Assembly (NCBI GenBank): GCA_951406725.2
Contig: OX597827.1
Span: forward strand, 25,792,001 to 25,856,000
Direction of reading: 5' to 3'
DNA: 64,000 nucleotides
Origin: Octopus vulgaris
Lineage: Eukaryota
Positions 26,687 through 40,961 of the stretch are shown here, piece by piece. The notes under the pieces are model-generated. The model was not told the origin of the DNA. It ran no database searches and saw nothing but the letters and a program-made list of their open reading frames with translations. Made by a program: the position numbers and the translations under genes. Position 1 is the first letter of the stretch. Each line of letters begins with the position of its first letter.

Positions 26687-27785
26687 TCTATATATATAAA
26701 ACTGAGAATGCGTGTATGTCTGTCTGAGTGAATCCCTAAAACTTGAGAACTACACAACCAATTTCATTCAAATTTTACACATGCCTTACTTAGGGTCCAT
26801 GTAGCGTCATGGGCAAAACAATTTCTAACTTCTTGCCTAGGGCGAGCCCACAGCAATATCATATCTTCTCCACTATTTCAGTATTACGTGTTAAAAGTGA
26901 AACAAAAACACCTCTCTATTGTAATGTCAGATACATTCACTTTAATACTGAAACTATTAAAGTCAAACTATTATATAAGAGGGATGAACCATTAACAGTG
27001 GGCATCCATTTTGCTAGAAGATCCGCTATGATCTTATTTGCTGCATCACTGGTTTTCAATTCATATTAATGAAATTAATATTCAAATTCTCACCCTTTTT
27101 ATCATAAATTTAAATTTAAACCCAGGACCATGTATTTTGGAACGAAGTTTGTTACCACACAGCCACACCTGCACCTAAGTATGTGTGTGTGTGTGTGTGT
27201 ATGTGTGTATGGCTGTATATGTATACATTTATTTATATACATAGAGATGTATATGTATATATGTATATGTATAGATGTATATATATAAAGATGTACATGT
27301 AATATGTACGCATATATGTTCACATATATACACCCATACACACATACACACACACACATACATAGGTGCAGGTGTGTTTGTGTGGTAGCAAACTTCGTTC
27401 CAAAACACACGGTCCTGGGTTCAGTTCCACTGTGTGGTGACTTGGCATGTGTCTTCTGCTATATAGCCTCAGACCAACCAAAGCCTTGTCAGTGTATTTT
27501 GTAGACAAACTGAAAGAAATCTATCGTATATATATGTATGTACATATGTAAGTCTGTGTGTGAGTCTTTGTGTTTCTCCCTCATCAGTGCCTCACAATTG
27601 GTGTTCGTTTATTTACATCCCCATAATTTACTGGTTTCACAAGATTAAGTACCAGGCTTATCAACATAAAAAAGCACTACGCTGTGTCTCATATTTTAGT
27701 TTGCCCACTCGGTTGTATCTATAAATTTATCTTTGTGTGTGTGTGTATAAATATATATATATATAATACACACACACACACACAC

Positions 27786-27842
<57 letters not shown>

Positions 27843-29409
27843 CATGTATGTATATGTGTACATTCATATTTATTATATCAAAGACAATGTCTTATGTGTT
27901 GGTGTATTACTTATACATTCGAAAACTGTTGCACCGATCATAATAAAATTTGAAACACAAAATCGAAGTCTAGGGAGAAGGTTAATACTGTGTGTTTCGT
28001 ACAAAATTACTGAATGGATCTTTATGATATTTGAAACTTAGATTCAATGCATAAAGGCGGGTATAAGGCAATACATTTGGTTTGAATTTCAGATGGCTTA
28101 AAGGGGGCAGAAGCCCCATGAATATTCATAAATTTTCAACCATAGGTAAGTGACACACATCAACAAGTATTCTCAAATTTTCCACTTCACATGAGGATTC
28201 TAAGACACCCTAATGGGGGCCTTAACTCCCAAATTTTAGTCATTTCTTTTATGATCCAAAACTAAATCAAAAGTACTGAATGGCTCTTTACGAAATTTGG
28301 AAATTATATTCTATGCATAAGGGCCACAACCCCCATGACAATTCATATATTCTTGCTGTTGATGAAATTTTAACCATAGATATGAAGTAATATTTATAAA
28401 ATTTCATCTTCTTACAAGTTAGAATGACACCTTCATGGGGACTTAACACCCACAATTAGTTGTACTCTTGGAAGCTGTGGGGTCATCCGAGCATAGAAGA
28501 TGAGCATTATTTGTAATTCAATGGTGCAACAGTGTAAGAGTTTGCTTTGACATACACTTAGATTGTGATTTCTGCAATGTGCTGCATAAATTGTCAAGTA
28601 AATGAGAGGCATCTTTGCCTCCACTAATTCAGTTGCAAAGTGTTGAGTAAAGTTATTTGATTGCAGATCTCATTTCAATCTTTTTTATTATCATACATAG
28701 TCATACATAGTCCCCACATGGTAACATTGATTTCAAGGGCTTCCCAGATGAGTGACTGGTTATTCAAAGACATTTATAGATTGTATATTTATTCTGTCCA
28801 GTTACATATCAGTATAGTGGTCATTTGCAAACTCCAACTTTCATTTCTCCTTAGCCCTCACATCACACAGTAGTTAATGTTGATTTCAGTTGGGTCACGC
28901 CCTTCCAATGGCTATAGATTCGTGATGCATCTTACGGCTGTGCCTGTCACCTGCATTGTAATAACTAGGGTCCTGTAGCTGACTGCTTATTGTGATCATT
29001 CATCTTTTGGTTTCCTGTAGCTTTGCTCTCTTTTACAAACCCAGTGAACATATAGTTCCTATTTCAAAGAAATTCAAACAATTGATATAAAACCCAAGTT
29101 AAAAAGATTTTCAACAAGTCAACTTCTTTGGTTGACATTAAGAGCTCCATGACTCCATTTTTCAGGAGTAAAATCCTTTTAACAGGTTCTATAAGACTGG
29201 AATTTTGGAATATGGGCATAAAAATCAGTAGTATGGGATACATGTGGCGCGCTTACAATTTTGTATGGGTGTGTAAAGAGGGAAATAACCCTCATCTGCA
29301 ATTTTGATGAAATTCGAAACAGGTATTCCAGTTCATTACAGAAAATATAACAGAAAAGTCTAATTCTTTAATTGTATGTAACTCGGGCAACGCCGGGTAA
29401 CTCTGCTAT
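26687..29409 (+). mobile_element. Probable non-autonomous Helitron with nested SINEs
   Basis: 5' A|TCTATATATATAAAA...gtctgtctg...caaccaatttcattcaaatttt. 3' GC hairpin ctcgggcaacgccggg followed by CTAT|T (a degenerate CTAG). Internal sub-repeats near 28008 and 28275. Confidence 0.65.
27363..27665 (+). mobile_element. SINE family B
   Basis: Head gcaggtgtg..tgtgtggtag...ggttcagttccactgtgtgg and a degenerate 3' half. Confidence 0.7.
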
Positions 29410-30738
29410 TTGTCTATAAGCGTCTCTTCTCATCTGTGAATTGCACGACAATCTGTATTAACAGTTGACTCTATGCGCGCATTGGCTCCTCAATTACACT
29501 TCATCTCAAATATAAACATGAACATTCCGCCATATTTGCCACTTTTGATATATGTTAAATATCCCTGGTTATAAAGCGAATGGCTTTTTCTTCTTACTTA
29601 ATGGAGAGTTTCTGAAATGGCCGCTTCTCGCTTCTCTCGAAAATATGTTTCTTCTCCCACCTCACAACGAGCCTTCAGATCCCTTCAGATTTGATTTGTG
29701 CCTAATTTTCTCATTTCGATATTTGTTACTATTTTCAAGAAATTTGTTTGTCATCGTCCACTCTGAAACCGAGCAAGAAGTCACCATTTTGCCATCCCCG
29801 GACAAAAAGTATCTTCTACGCGACAGCTGACTTCCGAGATGGCCTTTCTGGTCAACCTCAACGCTCCAGCCGCAAGAGCAATAGGCAGTGCTATTGGAAC
29901 AGCTATCTTCGAATCCTATTAATTTTTTTGCGACACATAGGATAGAAAGCTGCGAAAGGATTTTCGTTTTTATGACCCAACTCACAAAATTCAATTCTCT
30001 GATTGCGCCTTCAGTTGTTTTGCATCAACCCCAGCGCCTGAAGTAGGATACAACTCGGGGGAATCCTTTTAATGATTATACGGAATTGTAAACTCATGCT
30101 TCTCATTTGACCATATTGATTTATAAGAGAGACAATGAGCTAGATGTATCACTTAATATGTTCTTCACTGTTACCCTTATATTCCGACATCCCAAAATAA
30201 TGAACGAATATTCCCCGTACAATCTGTATTTGTCTTCGAACTTCGTTCTCAGCCTTTCTTTGTGCATTTCATACTCGTACAGACATTCCTAATGATCTTC
30301 TTAATTGCATAAACATCTTTTTTGTGAGAAAAATGTCGAGCAACTCCTGATAACAGACTGGAAGCATTTGCAATATCATTAACCTAGGATTTCTGATTCT
30401 AATGAAGAATGGCACGAACAAGCCTGATGCTACTGATTTATTAGGATCATTGGCACTTTAGACTGAGGTGTGTAGTTCTATAGAGCAAGGGGATTTTAGG
30501 GATAGGAGTCACTGACAACAGACTGTCAGACATTCGCAGCTAAGTTCGATGGGTTTGCAGTTAGATTTTCGGATTCGTATTAATGTTTATGTTTAGGCTT
30601 CGATTTGGTAGAGGGTTAGATACTATGGCAAGAATACCGTTTCTTTACAACATGTCCAGATGTTGCAACTTTCGTTTGTTCTCTGAAGAAACGTATCTTT
30701 ATACACACACACATATATATATAAACATATAGATACAT

Positions 30739-30741
<3 letters not shown>

Positions 30742-30791
<50 letters not shown>

Positions 30792-30805
30792 AACACACAC
30801 ACACA

Positions 30806-30878
<73 letters not shown>
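30742..30878. repeat. (CA)n microsatellite
   Basis: Simple repeat. Confidence 0.95.
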
Positions 30879-30881
<3 letters not shown>

Positions 30882-33599
30882 GGACTGGCTTCGGAACAGT
30901 TTCTTTGAAGCAACTTCTACTCAGAATGTATGAGGTAGCCTTTGAACATAACAGAATTCACTTGCCGCACAGTCTGAACGACGATGGTTCTATATGAGTG
31001 AACAGCTATTTTTCTAACGAAGCAACCTCACGCGCACCATCATTGTTATAACTTTTGAGATATATTTCTGTGGTCAATCCAACGTGTAGCAGTCAATTAC
31101 TGACGTTATTTCAAATCCCTTGACCAGACACATGTCCTTCCTCATATCAATATCAAGAGTATCAAGAAATGTTTACGGAATAGTAATATTGGTATTTATA
31201 AAATTTCATCATTGAAACACACTTTGTATTATATAATTCTTATTAATTATACATCGCCTAGCATCTTGGCAAAGAATAAAATCGATCCCAGCAATGTTTT
31301 GATCAACCACAGAAAAAGCAAGGTGGAATTGAATGCGTTAAAATTTGAACTTAAATCGAAGGGAAATTGTTCAATTTATTTTGGTCTGTATCTTCGAGAT
31401 TTTGGTATTTACAGACAGCCATGTATAGCCATATTGATATCTATCCTTTCTAATATGAGCGCAAGGCCTGTAAGTTTGGTAGATGGGCTAGGCAATTACA
31501 TCGATCCCAGTGTTTTACAGTATTTATTTCATCGACCCTAAAAGGATAAAGGGCAGACTTGATGAGGGTACGTAAAACTAGGAGCTTTTTCCTCCGGTGC
31601 AGGAATGATCTTGCCGTATCACTACCTTAATATTACATACATAATGGCAACACTAAGGGGAATTACTAGCAGGAATTTTAAAGCATCAGAATGTTGCAAT
31701 ATCTATCCCGACTCTCCGAATTCAAATTTTGCCATGGTCAGTTTTGTGCTTTATCATTTAGGGATTCGATAAGGGAGTTACCAGTTCAGAGCTAGTACTG
31801 TATCTTTTTCCCCACTAGCAATCACATCTTGGAGGTTTGACTGGCCAGAGGTGGAAGAAAAGAAAGTCTGTCTGCGATTGTTCAGGATTGCTAAATATAT
31901 TCGGGATAGCTGGAACCATATTTCTATTTACTTTAGGCCTAAACCTAAAAGTTTGGTGAAGAGTCGCTCACATCGACCCAATAATCAACTAGCACTTATT
32001 GCATCGACCTAGAAAGGATGAAAGGGCAAAGTTGGTCTATGCAAAATTTCAAAAACAAAGCGTGAATGCCACTCAGCATTTCGTTCAGTGAGCTAACGAT
32101 TCAGCCAGCTCGATGCCTCCTGCGAGATCCATATTAATACCAAACCATTTTGAATTGCATATGACGTCTCTAATTCAATAGCAGCACCGTAGAATAGAAG
32201 TCATTTCAATTGTAGTTTATATTTCTAACCTCGAAACTCTCCTTTCACCTACATCCCCAATGTATTATTTTGCTCATTCTTTACGTCAATCAATCTCGTT
32301 TTCATTCTATTGACGCATCTGCAAATTTATGTCAAGAGAGAACACTTCAGAAAAGACAAATCAACTATTTTCAATTTAAAAAATGCGACTCACACTATCA
32401 ATTATTGTGCCGTTGTATCGTAATCATGTTGCCAGATATGTTGAGTAACAGTGCAATTCACGAAATAAAAATTTTTGATAGAGTGTAACAAATTTTTCGT
32501 ACATGAAATAATATTGCTGGAAATACGCTACACATTTGGAGAGTAGTGATAACATACGACTATACAATTACATCATTGAATATCTTTTCAATTATTTTGA
32601 ATAATTTTTAGTAATATATTTTATATATCTCATTCATATGCTCTTTCGTCAAATTAAAATTTGTAAAAAAATAATTTATTATTATTATTATGTATCAACT
32701 GTAATTTGATGTGAATATTTCCTGTGTACAATTTGTTCTTTCTGTAAATTATCTCGATAAGTAGAGACATTGGAAATTTTACTAATAGACATAAAAAAAC
32801 AAATGCATCAAAAATAATATCAGAGTAACTATTTTCTATGCTGCAATAATTGCAGTTCTCAATGTGGTTATAAATCTTTCTTTTATTTCTCTTTCCTACA
32901 ATTCTTTCATTAATATACTATTGAACACAAAATAGCTCACACAATATCGATTCCTCTTTATTAATAAGATTCAAAACTATATATCGTGTAATTTATAAGA
33001 ATCCTATTTCCAAGCGACCCTTTAGTTATTCTGTGCGTTCGTTGTATCTATTTTGTAATCTTAATAATGGCATCATTTTATTCGTAAAATTTAGTCTTTT
33101 CTAATTTTTCTGATATCAAATGCTATTATATTGCCTAGAGTCAAAACATAGCATAATTTAATCTAGTAATGTATTTTGTATTTTCATAAATGACTATTTT
33201 TCTTTATCAGATCTATCATAAATAGGTGGTCGTTTTGTTTTTACTTTTAATTCAGAATGAAAATGCATTGCCAGGAAACGATGCAATGGAATAATAATAT
33301 ATCCTAGAGTTGCTTAAACAAACCTTATACAAGCTGTACTTGAAACGGAATAATGGAAAACGAAATATTATCAGAAGAAAGAAGCTGTTGGCGATAGTGA
33401 AAAAGTTGTGACGAACACTTATTCACAGAAAAGGATTGTAATAATTTATTTCGACCTCAATTCATAGTTTATCGACCATTAAATAGCAAAAGCTATGAAC
33501 TCAATATCGGAGTATTGCTGACTTCAGGAGTTAGAAAAGTAAGGTGAACTGCAACAGCAATAATGGTGAGAATGCAAAGATTTGAAAGTCCATTCCCTC

Positions 33600-33760
33600 G
33601 GGGAAGCGGTTACGTTGATCACAGCAACCACAGTACTTCGCTGGTAGCTTCTTTATCGATCCGAAAGAATGAATGGCAAAGTCGACCTCGGCGGAATTTG
33701 AACTCAGAACGTAAAGTCGGAAGAAACACCGTTATTTTGGCCAACGTGCCAGCTAGCCGA
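33600..33760 (-). mobile_element. SINE family A
   Basis: ggcaaagtcgacctcggcggaatttgaactcagaacgtaaag. Confidence 0.7.
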
Positions 33761-33767
33761 CTTAATC

Positions 33768-33823
<56 letters not shown>

Positions 33824-33827
<4 letters not shown>

Positions 33828-34330
33828 GCCCTGATGCAGTACCAGGCAGTGACTCTCAGGGCTTCTAATCTTAACTGATTGGAAGTATTATCATATACAT
33901 GGTTTTGTCTTGGTATAAAAGATGGGCTACAGAAAATATGCCCAATACCACAGATTTTCTTGTCAGATTGACCTTAAGCAGTTGAGCATGTCCCTTAGTG
34001 ACTGACGCTATGTGCTTCTCTGACCACGTGCATAAGTATTGGAGGAGCATCATAGCCATGTGTTGAAAGGAATTCTTTGGGGTTTGGAAACATGGGTGCT
34101 TCGTTCATCATCCTTACACAAACCTTATTCAGGAACCTTTTGAGCGGAATGGGCTACTCGACCAGAAGAAAATTCTAACAGGGCCCCACCTGCAAGTTCA
34201 TCCGTTCTTGATGTGAGATCACCATGTCGCGCACATGTGGTTGTGATGCATGTTCCTGGTGTACCCTTATTAGACGGGTAGTGATTATGGGTATATTGGG
34301 CTTCATATAATTGTACCCCAATGTCACTCA

Positions 34331-34331
<1 letters not shown>
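33824..34331. mobile_element. Unclassified ~500 bp insert between two (AAT)n arrays
   Basis: Complex, GC-richer segment bounded sharply by (AAT)n on both sides; no ORF. Confidence 0.45.
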
Positions 34332-34366
<35 letters not shown>

Positions 34367-34386
34367 TTAATAATAATAACAATTAG

Positions 34387-34530
34387 GAGAAGAAGAAGAA
34401 GAAGAAGAAGAAGAAGAAGAAGAAGAAGAAGAAGAAGAAGAAGAAGAAGAAGAAGAAGAAGAAGAAGAAGAAGAAGAAGAAGAAGAAGAAGAAGAAGAAG
34501 AAGAAGAAGAAGAAGAAGAAGAAGAAGAAG
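34387..34530. repeat. (GAA)n array
   Basis: Simple repeat. Confidence 0.95.
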
Positions 34531-35004
34531 AACCCTTTCTACAACAGGCACAAAGACTGAAATTTTACCGGGTGGGTTTAGCCGATACGACCCAATCCAG
34601 TGATAAAGTGGTATGTTTTTCCAGGCTACATCCTTACTAACATCATGGAATCTCCCCTGAGTTCTATTGTAGGAGAAATTGTGACTTGAGTCCCACGGCC
34701 CTTTCATAGGCTCTCTTAAATTCGACACCATTTGAACTCAGATCACCGCCAAGCATTGTACACGACTCTCTATAAGCTCTGCATCTTCGTCACCTTCAGA
34801 ATGATAATTAGAAGGTAAAAGATACACAATAGTACAATTTCATACCTCTAAGAGAGCTCAAGTGAAGTATCAGTCACGTAATGTTGCAAATAAATATCAG
34901 TTTTTCATAAGTTTCATCGGGGATTTTAAATGCAAAACAAAACGTTCTTCTATTTACATAAAGTATTTGTCAAGCTTTTATTTTGGAAGTATATATATCC
35001 TCTG

Positions 35005-35200
35005 TATTTAAGGTCTGAAATTTTGTGGGAAGGGTCTAGTTGATTACATTGATACCAGTGCTCAACTGGTACTTATTTAACTGACCCCAAATAGATGAAA
35101 GGAAAATTGGATCTCGGTGGAGTTTGAACTTAGAACGTAAATAAAGAAGACATACCGCTAAGTATTTGTCCGGCGTACTACGAATTCAGCCAGTTCGCTT
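35005..35200 (-). mobile_element. SINE family A
   Basis: actggtacttattt...gatgaaagg...tttgaacttagaacgtaaa. Confidence 0.65.
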
Positions 35201-35204
35201 CATA

Positions 35205-35274
<70 letters not shown>

Positions 35275-35649
35275 GCTAGCTAGCTAGCTAGTTATCTATC
35301 TACCTACCGACCGACTTTTACATTGAACAATTCACTTGACGGTAGGATCAACAAAAACTTACTCAATGAAATATCAATCAACGAATATAATACGTTGTAT
35401 GTGAGGTACTTCAGGTTTGTTCTCGATTAGTGAAATAGCTGCATGGATTTGTATAGTATACCGAAAACGACCCGGCAGTCGTTCAGGCTGAACATTTACC
35501 AGCTCGTGCACAGTGCACTACACAAATCCTTCTGATTACTTCACTATCAAAGCATGAAGTAGCTCGTTTATCTACTGTGATAATCAAATTATGCATGTAT
35601 TTATGCATTGATGTATGTACATGTGTGTACATATGTGTGTATGTATGTT

Positions 35650-36395
35650 TCTTTTATATTTTGATTATCATAAATGTTCCACTGAAGAGGGAGTCGGTTT
35701 CCAACAAAGATACAAGGCTCCATTTTTGGGATGCTGTCAACACAGGCAAACTCAAATTTGGAACTTGAGAAAAGTCTTGCATATTTTTATAGATCCACCC
35801 ACAGACTGGACTTGTAATGTACGAATCAGCCGGTCAATATCTTTCTCAAAATTCCAGTTTATCTAGATTCTCCTTTAACAAAACCTAATTGAATATGAAT
35901 TTATAGTCTGGATATAGAAGCTGGAAGTTTCGAAGCAGTTGTCCATAGATATCCTGTTTTTCTTTGATTTTCAAAAGGATATTTATATCTTCAGGGCAAC
36001 TAACCTCTATGATAGTAGATACCTTTGCCCCTCTATGCCAAACAACAATATCCGAGCTGTTATGCTTACATTTGACAGACATTTTGATGGGAATATTCCA
36101 TCAGTATTCCTTGAATTGGTGTTTATGAATGTATTCCATAACAGGGATTTTCTAAGTTTATTTCAAAACAGTCTTCTTTGCGGATGGCATTGTAAATTGT
36201 TTTAGCAACAACATCGTACCGCTTAGGGAGGTAGTATCGTGACGACATTTTAGGACAGCTATAAATCACATGCGTAATATTTTCCAGAGAAACATGACAT
36301 AGGCTACATATGCGGTTGCACATTGAGATCAAAAGGGCGTCACTGTCTCTCTCGTTCACCTGGTACTTTGTGGTAATCGCCTGTTCCTGGATTGC
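35650..36395 (-). mobile_element. R4/Dong-like non-LTR retrotransposon 3' fragment (CCHC plus RLE endonuclease)
   Basis: CSLCHVSLENITHVIYSC (zinc knuckle), RYDVVAK, EY.WN, HNSSDIVVW...IIEVSCP...KEKQDIY. Flanked by (TACA)n on the element strand. Confidence 0.8.
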
Positions 36396-36513
36396 AAACG
36401 CATAGGCTTATGTATGTATGTATGTATGTATGTATGTATGTATGTATGTATGTATGTATGTATGTATGTATGTATGTATTATGTATGTATGTATGTATGT
36501 ATGTATATATGTA

Positions 36514-36555
<42 letters not shown>

Positions 36556-36681
36556 CATACAGAGAGAGAAAGAGAGATGTAGAATATTTTAATGCGTACA
36601 CCAGTGTGTGAGTGTGAGTGTGCATATATATGTGTACTTTGTGTGTGTGTGTGTGTGTGTCTGTGCGTGTGTATCTCTGTG

Positions 36682-36714
<33 letters not shown>

Positions 36715-37129
36715 ATCTCTGTGTTTTGCAGCAGTGTGTAGCAAACCGAAGTAACTACTTGAATCAATATGGTAAGAAAGGTAAACCACTAAAAACCGAT
36801 GCTCAGTTTGTCTACAACCAGAATACATTAAAAAGCGAACACCGAACATCAAGTATTTTTATTATAAGACTCTGTTCAATTTGTCTCCTGTCCTACTGTC
36901 TTTCTCCCTTTCATTCTTTCTTAACGTTTCGTATCCGTTTCATATAATCATATCTATTTGTATGTCCCATTCTCTTCTAATTCTCCGATTCAAGCGTCTG
37001 AACGAAATTTTATTGTAAGTTTAAATTCATTTCTTTCATATAAACAGTATATTATCCTACATTATATTAGATTTATCATATTTGACTCGCATATATATAT
37101 ATATATATATATAAATACACATGTATATA

Positions 37130-37182
<53 letters not shown>

Positions 37183-38522
37183 TTCGTTGAGAATATTTAG
37201 TCGTTTCTCCAGTTGTGTATTATTCCTTTGCAGAGAAAAGAAAAAAAAGTCAACTTTGAGGAAGAAACGGTTGATAATTTCTGCGCTACATTCACAGTCA
37301 TTCAACGTTTTATTCAGCATATGTATTAATAGGGTCGGAGGTTTCGAGGAGATTAGAGGACGTAAGGCGCATTTCTGCAATATTTCTCTTCTTGTTCTTA
37401 TAGATCTGGTTTTAATAATCATTTCTTTGTTCTGTAGTAATATTTAGTAATGGCGTCGCTTTATTCAATACGGAATGTCATGTATAGCCAAGTGAGTACC
37501 ATACCATAAAATGTGATTCACCAATCAGATGTAATATCTTGTCTTACGTAAAATTAATATATTTAGTGGTTTATAGTAAATTATGGGGTGACGTAGCATT
37601 GCAAACTGAAGTCCCTTATGAAGAGACATTTACTTCAATTACGCCTTTAATGTTATAAGAAAAGATACGAATGTCTTAGCATCTGATTTTACTGCTCTAA
37701 GTATCAGTCAGTGAAGTGTTTAGTTGCACAAATATAAATATATTAACAAAATTAAGCCTGTGTAGCAATTCTGAGAGATAATTTATTCTATGGAGCGGAA
37801 TTATCATGTAAATATCAATCGATCGCTCAATTAGATCGATAAAGCTATCTGTTTCTTCTTTTTCTTTTCAAAAACAAATGTCTAATTTTCTATTCCCTCG
37901 TAGATCTGTATTATAAAATAGCTTAATAATAGTTATTTTACCTCCATTGTCTGTAGAGTAAAATTAGTATTCAATGCTGTTCACCCGGTGTGATGCACTT
38001 TGTGATGGAATTGTGGCTTAAATATCATTGGTAACAATACAGACGAACACTTCAATGTTATAGACTTGAGGATACGAAATTCTCTGGGGATTTATGCTTC
38101 TCTTTTTCTTTTTCCTCTTTCATAAATATTCTTCTTCTATCGATCAGGCCGAAATCAAATCGATTTTATTGCCATCAATCCGAAAAAAAAATCATCATTT
38201 CAAAGAGGTATTTCATTAAATATAACAGTGAACGTGCCAGATATAGCTTTAAACTACCGGCAGTAGTATAATATGAAAAGACTTCTTTTCAATATTTTAT
38301 ATCTCCGAATGTCAGAATTGTAATTGATTTTCCGTGATATGAAATCCATTTTCGATTTATTAATATCTCTACCAACGAAGAAAGGATAAAGCATGTAGGT
38401 TTTTTTCTCTCTACTTATTTATTCTTTTTTAACAGACTTGATCAAAAGAATAAACAAAGTCTAATATCCGTTTTTTTTTCTACAGTAAGAAAAAGTACTC
38501 CTTTCAGAAAAATAAAAAAGGC

Positions 38523-38578
<56 letters not shown>

Positions 38579-39149
38579 TAAAGAAAATAACTGAAAGAAA
38601 ATACGTTTGTAAATAATGCAAAATATAGATGTTAGTATTGCTTATTACAATATTTATAGTGCCAATAAATGGCGGAACATTGTAAGAAAGAGAAAATTAA
38701 TTAGATTTACAAATGGCACCGTGTCATCCGTTTCTTCTTTTTTATGTTGGTTTAACTGTGTGAGTTTTGGTATTGTATGACAGAATTTATTCCGAGATTA
38801 CAATGTTCTGTCAAGCCATGCTATAGGTTTTCTTAACCTGGTGGAAATTATTACTAAGGTTATGGGTTTCGCTTTATAACACCGAATTGTCTTCGAGTTA
38901 ATGGTTTCTAAAGGTATTCTGTATCACATGGAAGATTATTGGCATGTCTATTGTTAGGAAACTGATACACGAGATCACTTTCGTTGTAGATGCCGTCTCA
39001 ATTACTTAATAATAATCATGATAATAATAAAAATAATAACAACAACACAAACAAAACGAGCTCAGCAGCAGTGGCAGCACAAATAGCAGCATCAAAGATA
39101 ACAACAAAAACAACAACAACAATAACAGCAGAAGCAACAATAATAATGA

Positions 39150-39865
39150 TATAGATTGCGTGAAATAATGAGGGATACAAATACCTTGGGGTGATGCAAA
39201 ACGATAGAATAATGGTGGGAGAAATGATAAAGGAAATCTCTAAAGATTAGAAGAGGAGAAATAGGAAGGTGCTCGAAACAAAAATAAATGGAGGGAATAT
39301 CATTAAAGCAATAAATACATGAGCTATGCCAGTACTGAAATGCTCTGCTCGCTTTCTGAAATGGACAAAGGTCAACCTACAAAATTCGGATAGGAGAATT
39401 AAAAAGTTCGTCACATGGCACAACACTCACTAGTGTAACAGTAACACTGAGAGATTCTGCCAACGAAGAATGGAAGAAAACAGACGATTACTAAACGCGG
39501 AAGATACTGTTACTCCGTGATTTTGGGGTTGAAAAATTAAGTTGTGTGAAGAGAAGGAACACTGTCGGCAGCTAGAGATTTCCCAAAAGTGTCTGAAACA
39601 GATATAAAAGACAATAGTGCAAGCAGATCGAATGAAATAGAATTACATAGCCAATCCATACAACCGAGAATGTTGGAAGTAACGAACGCTGGATCTGTCT
39701 GACGGGTGGAAACCTGAAGCGAGAGATGGAAATGCTGATTATTGCTGCTGAGGGTCAAATTTTTAGAACAAATCCTATAAAGGCACAAATCAACACGGTT
39801 CAGACGACAAATGTAGAATCCGCAATTAAGGAGAAAAAAGTATCATACCACAGCTTAGTGAGCTA
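39150..39865 (+). mobile_element. Degenerate R4/Dong-like RT C-terminal fragment
   Basis: EGYKYLGV...RKVLETKINGGNIIKAINT*AMPVL..., with stops. It follows an (AAT/AAC)n tract. Confidence 0.65.
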
Positions 39866-40125
39866 AAACTAGATAAATAAAAAAATAATTGGGATACCGA
39901 ATTTTCCAAAAGAAATACGAGCATAGGCAGATCTTCAGAACTATAGTCTATGTAGTGATTTCTGAGAAAGGAATGGAACTCGGGATCTTGGGGTTAGTAG
40001 TCCGTGCTATAAACCACTACGCCATATGCCCGTATCAAATATACTTGAACTGCCTTGACAAAAGGTTTGTCTTCCCTAACTACTTTAACCTATATATTTA
40101 CGCGTATGTGTGTAAGTAAACATAA

Positions 40126-40164
<39 letters not shown>

Positions 40165-40165
<1 letters not shown>

Positions 40166-40490
40166 GTGTCCCACTGCGCGGCAAGTGTCTTCTACTATAC
40201 CCTCGGGCCGACCAAAGCGTTGTGAGTGGATTTGGTAGACCGAAACTGAAAGGAGCCTGTCATATAAATATTTATATGTGTGTACATATGTGTATGTATG
40301 TGTTTCTTGTTTGTGATTGTGTTTGTCCCCCCCCCCCCAGCATCGCTTGGCAACCCTTAGCGGTTCGGCAAAAAGTCTCCGACAGAATAAGTATTAGGCT
40401 TACAAAGAATTAGTCCTGGGGTAGATTTATTTCACAAAAAGTGGTGCTCCAGCATGACCGCAGTCAAATGACTAAAACAAGTAAAAAAAG
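40165..40490 (+). mobile_element. SINE family B
   Basis: gcaagtgtcttctactataccctcgggccgaccaaagcg...ctccagcatgaccgcagtcaaatgac. Confidence 0.8.
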
Positions 40491-40505
40491 TACATATATA
40501 TATAT

Positions 40506-40536
<31 letters not shown>

Positions 40537-40573
40537 GTATATATACATAGTAAAAAAGTACATATATATATAT

Positions 40574-40836
40574 GAAACAAGGTGGAAAAAAAAGAGTACT
40601 CAAATACCAGTGGTAGAGTAATATGTTTAATTTAAAGCAGCAGAAAATTCAACAAAACCTGTTACTCTGAGTTTCCCGTTGCCGTTCATCGGACAGTTTT
40701 TGCTAAAATAGAACCGATAGAACTGGATAGAATTGACATATCGGTTCTATTCTAGCAAAAACTGTCCGATGAACGGCAACAGGAAACTCAGAGTAACAGG
40801 TTTTGTTGAATTTTCTACTGCTTTAAATAAAGTATA
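40574..40836 (-). mobile_element. PLE-type fold-back unit with a hammerhead in each arm, in (TA)n
   Basis: Arms ~40621-40719 and 40739-40836, 19-nt loop, unduplicated tail 40574-40620. Confidence 0.82.
40659..40696 (-). ncRNA. Minimal hammerhead-like motif (variant core CCGATGA)
   Basis: ctgt-CCGATGA-a-cg(GCAA)cg-g-GAAACTCAGAGT-A-acag. A mirrored copy lies at 40762-40799 (+) with one stem II change. Confidence 0.68.
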
Positions 40837-40961
40837 TATATATTGGCCTGCTCGCTTAGCCAGCGGGGTGGCGTCATTTGAAGACTAAAACAATGCGAAG
40901 CGCATTGTAACCAGCGATATGTAGCAACATCTGATAGTCTGGGCGGTCACGATGATCACGA

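Noticed and set aside
29552-30480. Overlapping ORFs in a complex region
   Set aside because: No recognisable protein motif in the frames I read; cannot assign.
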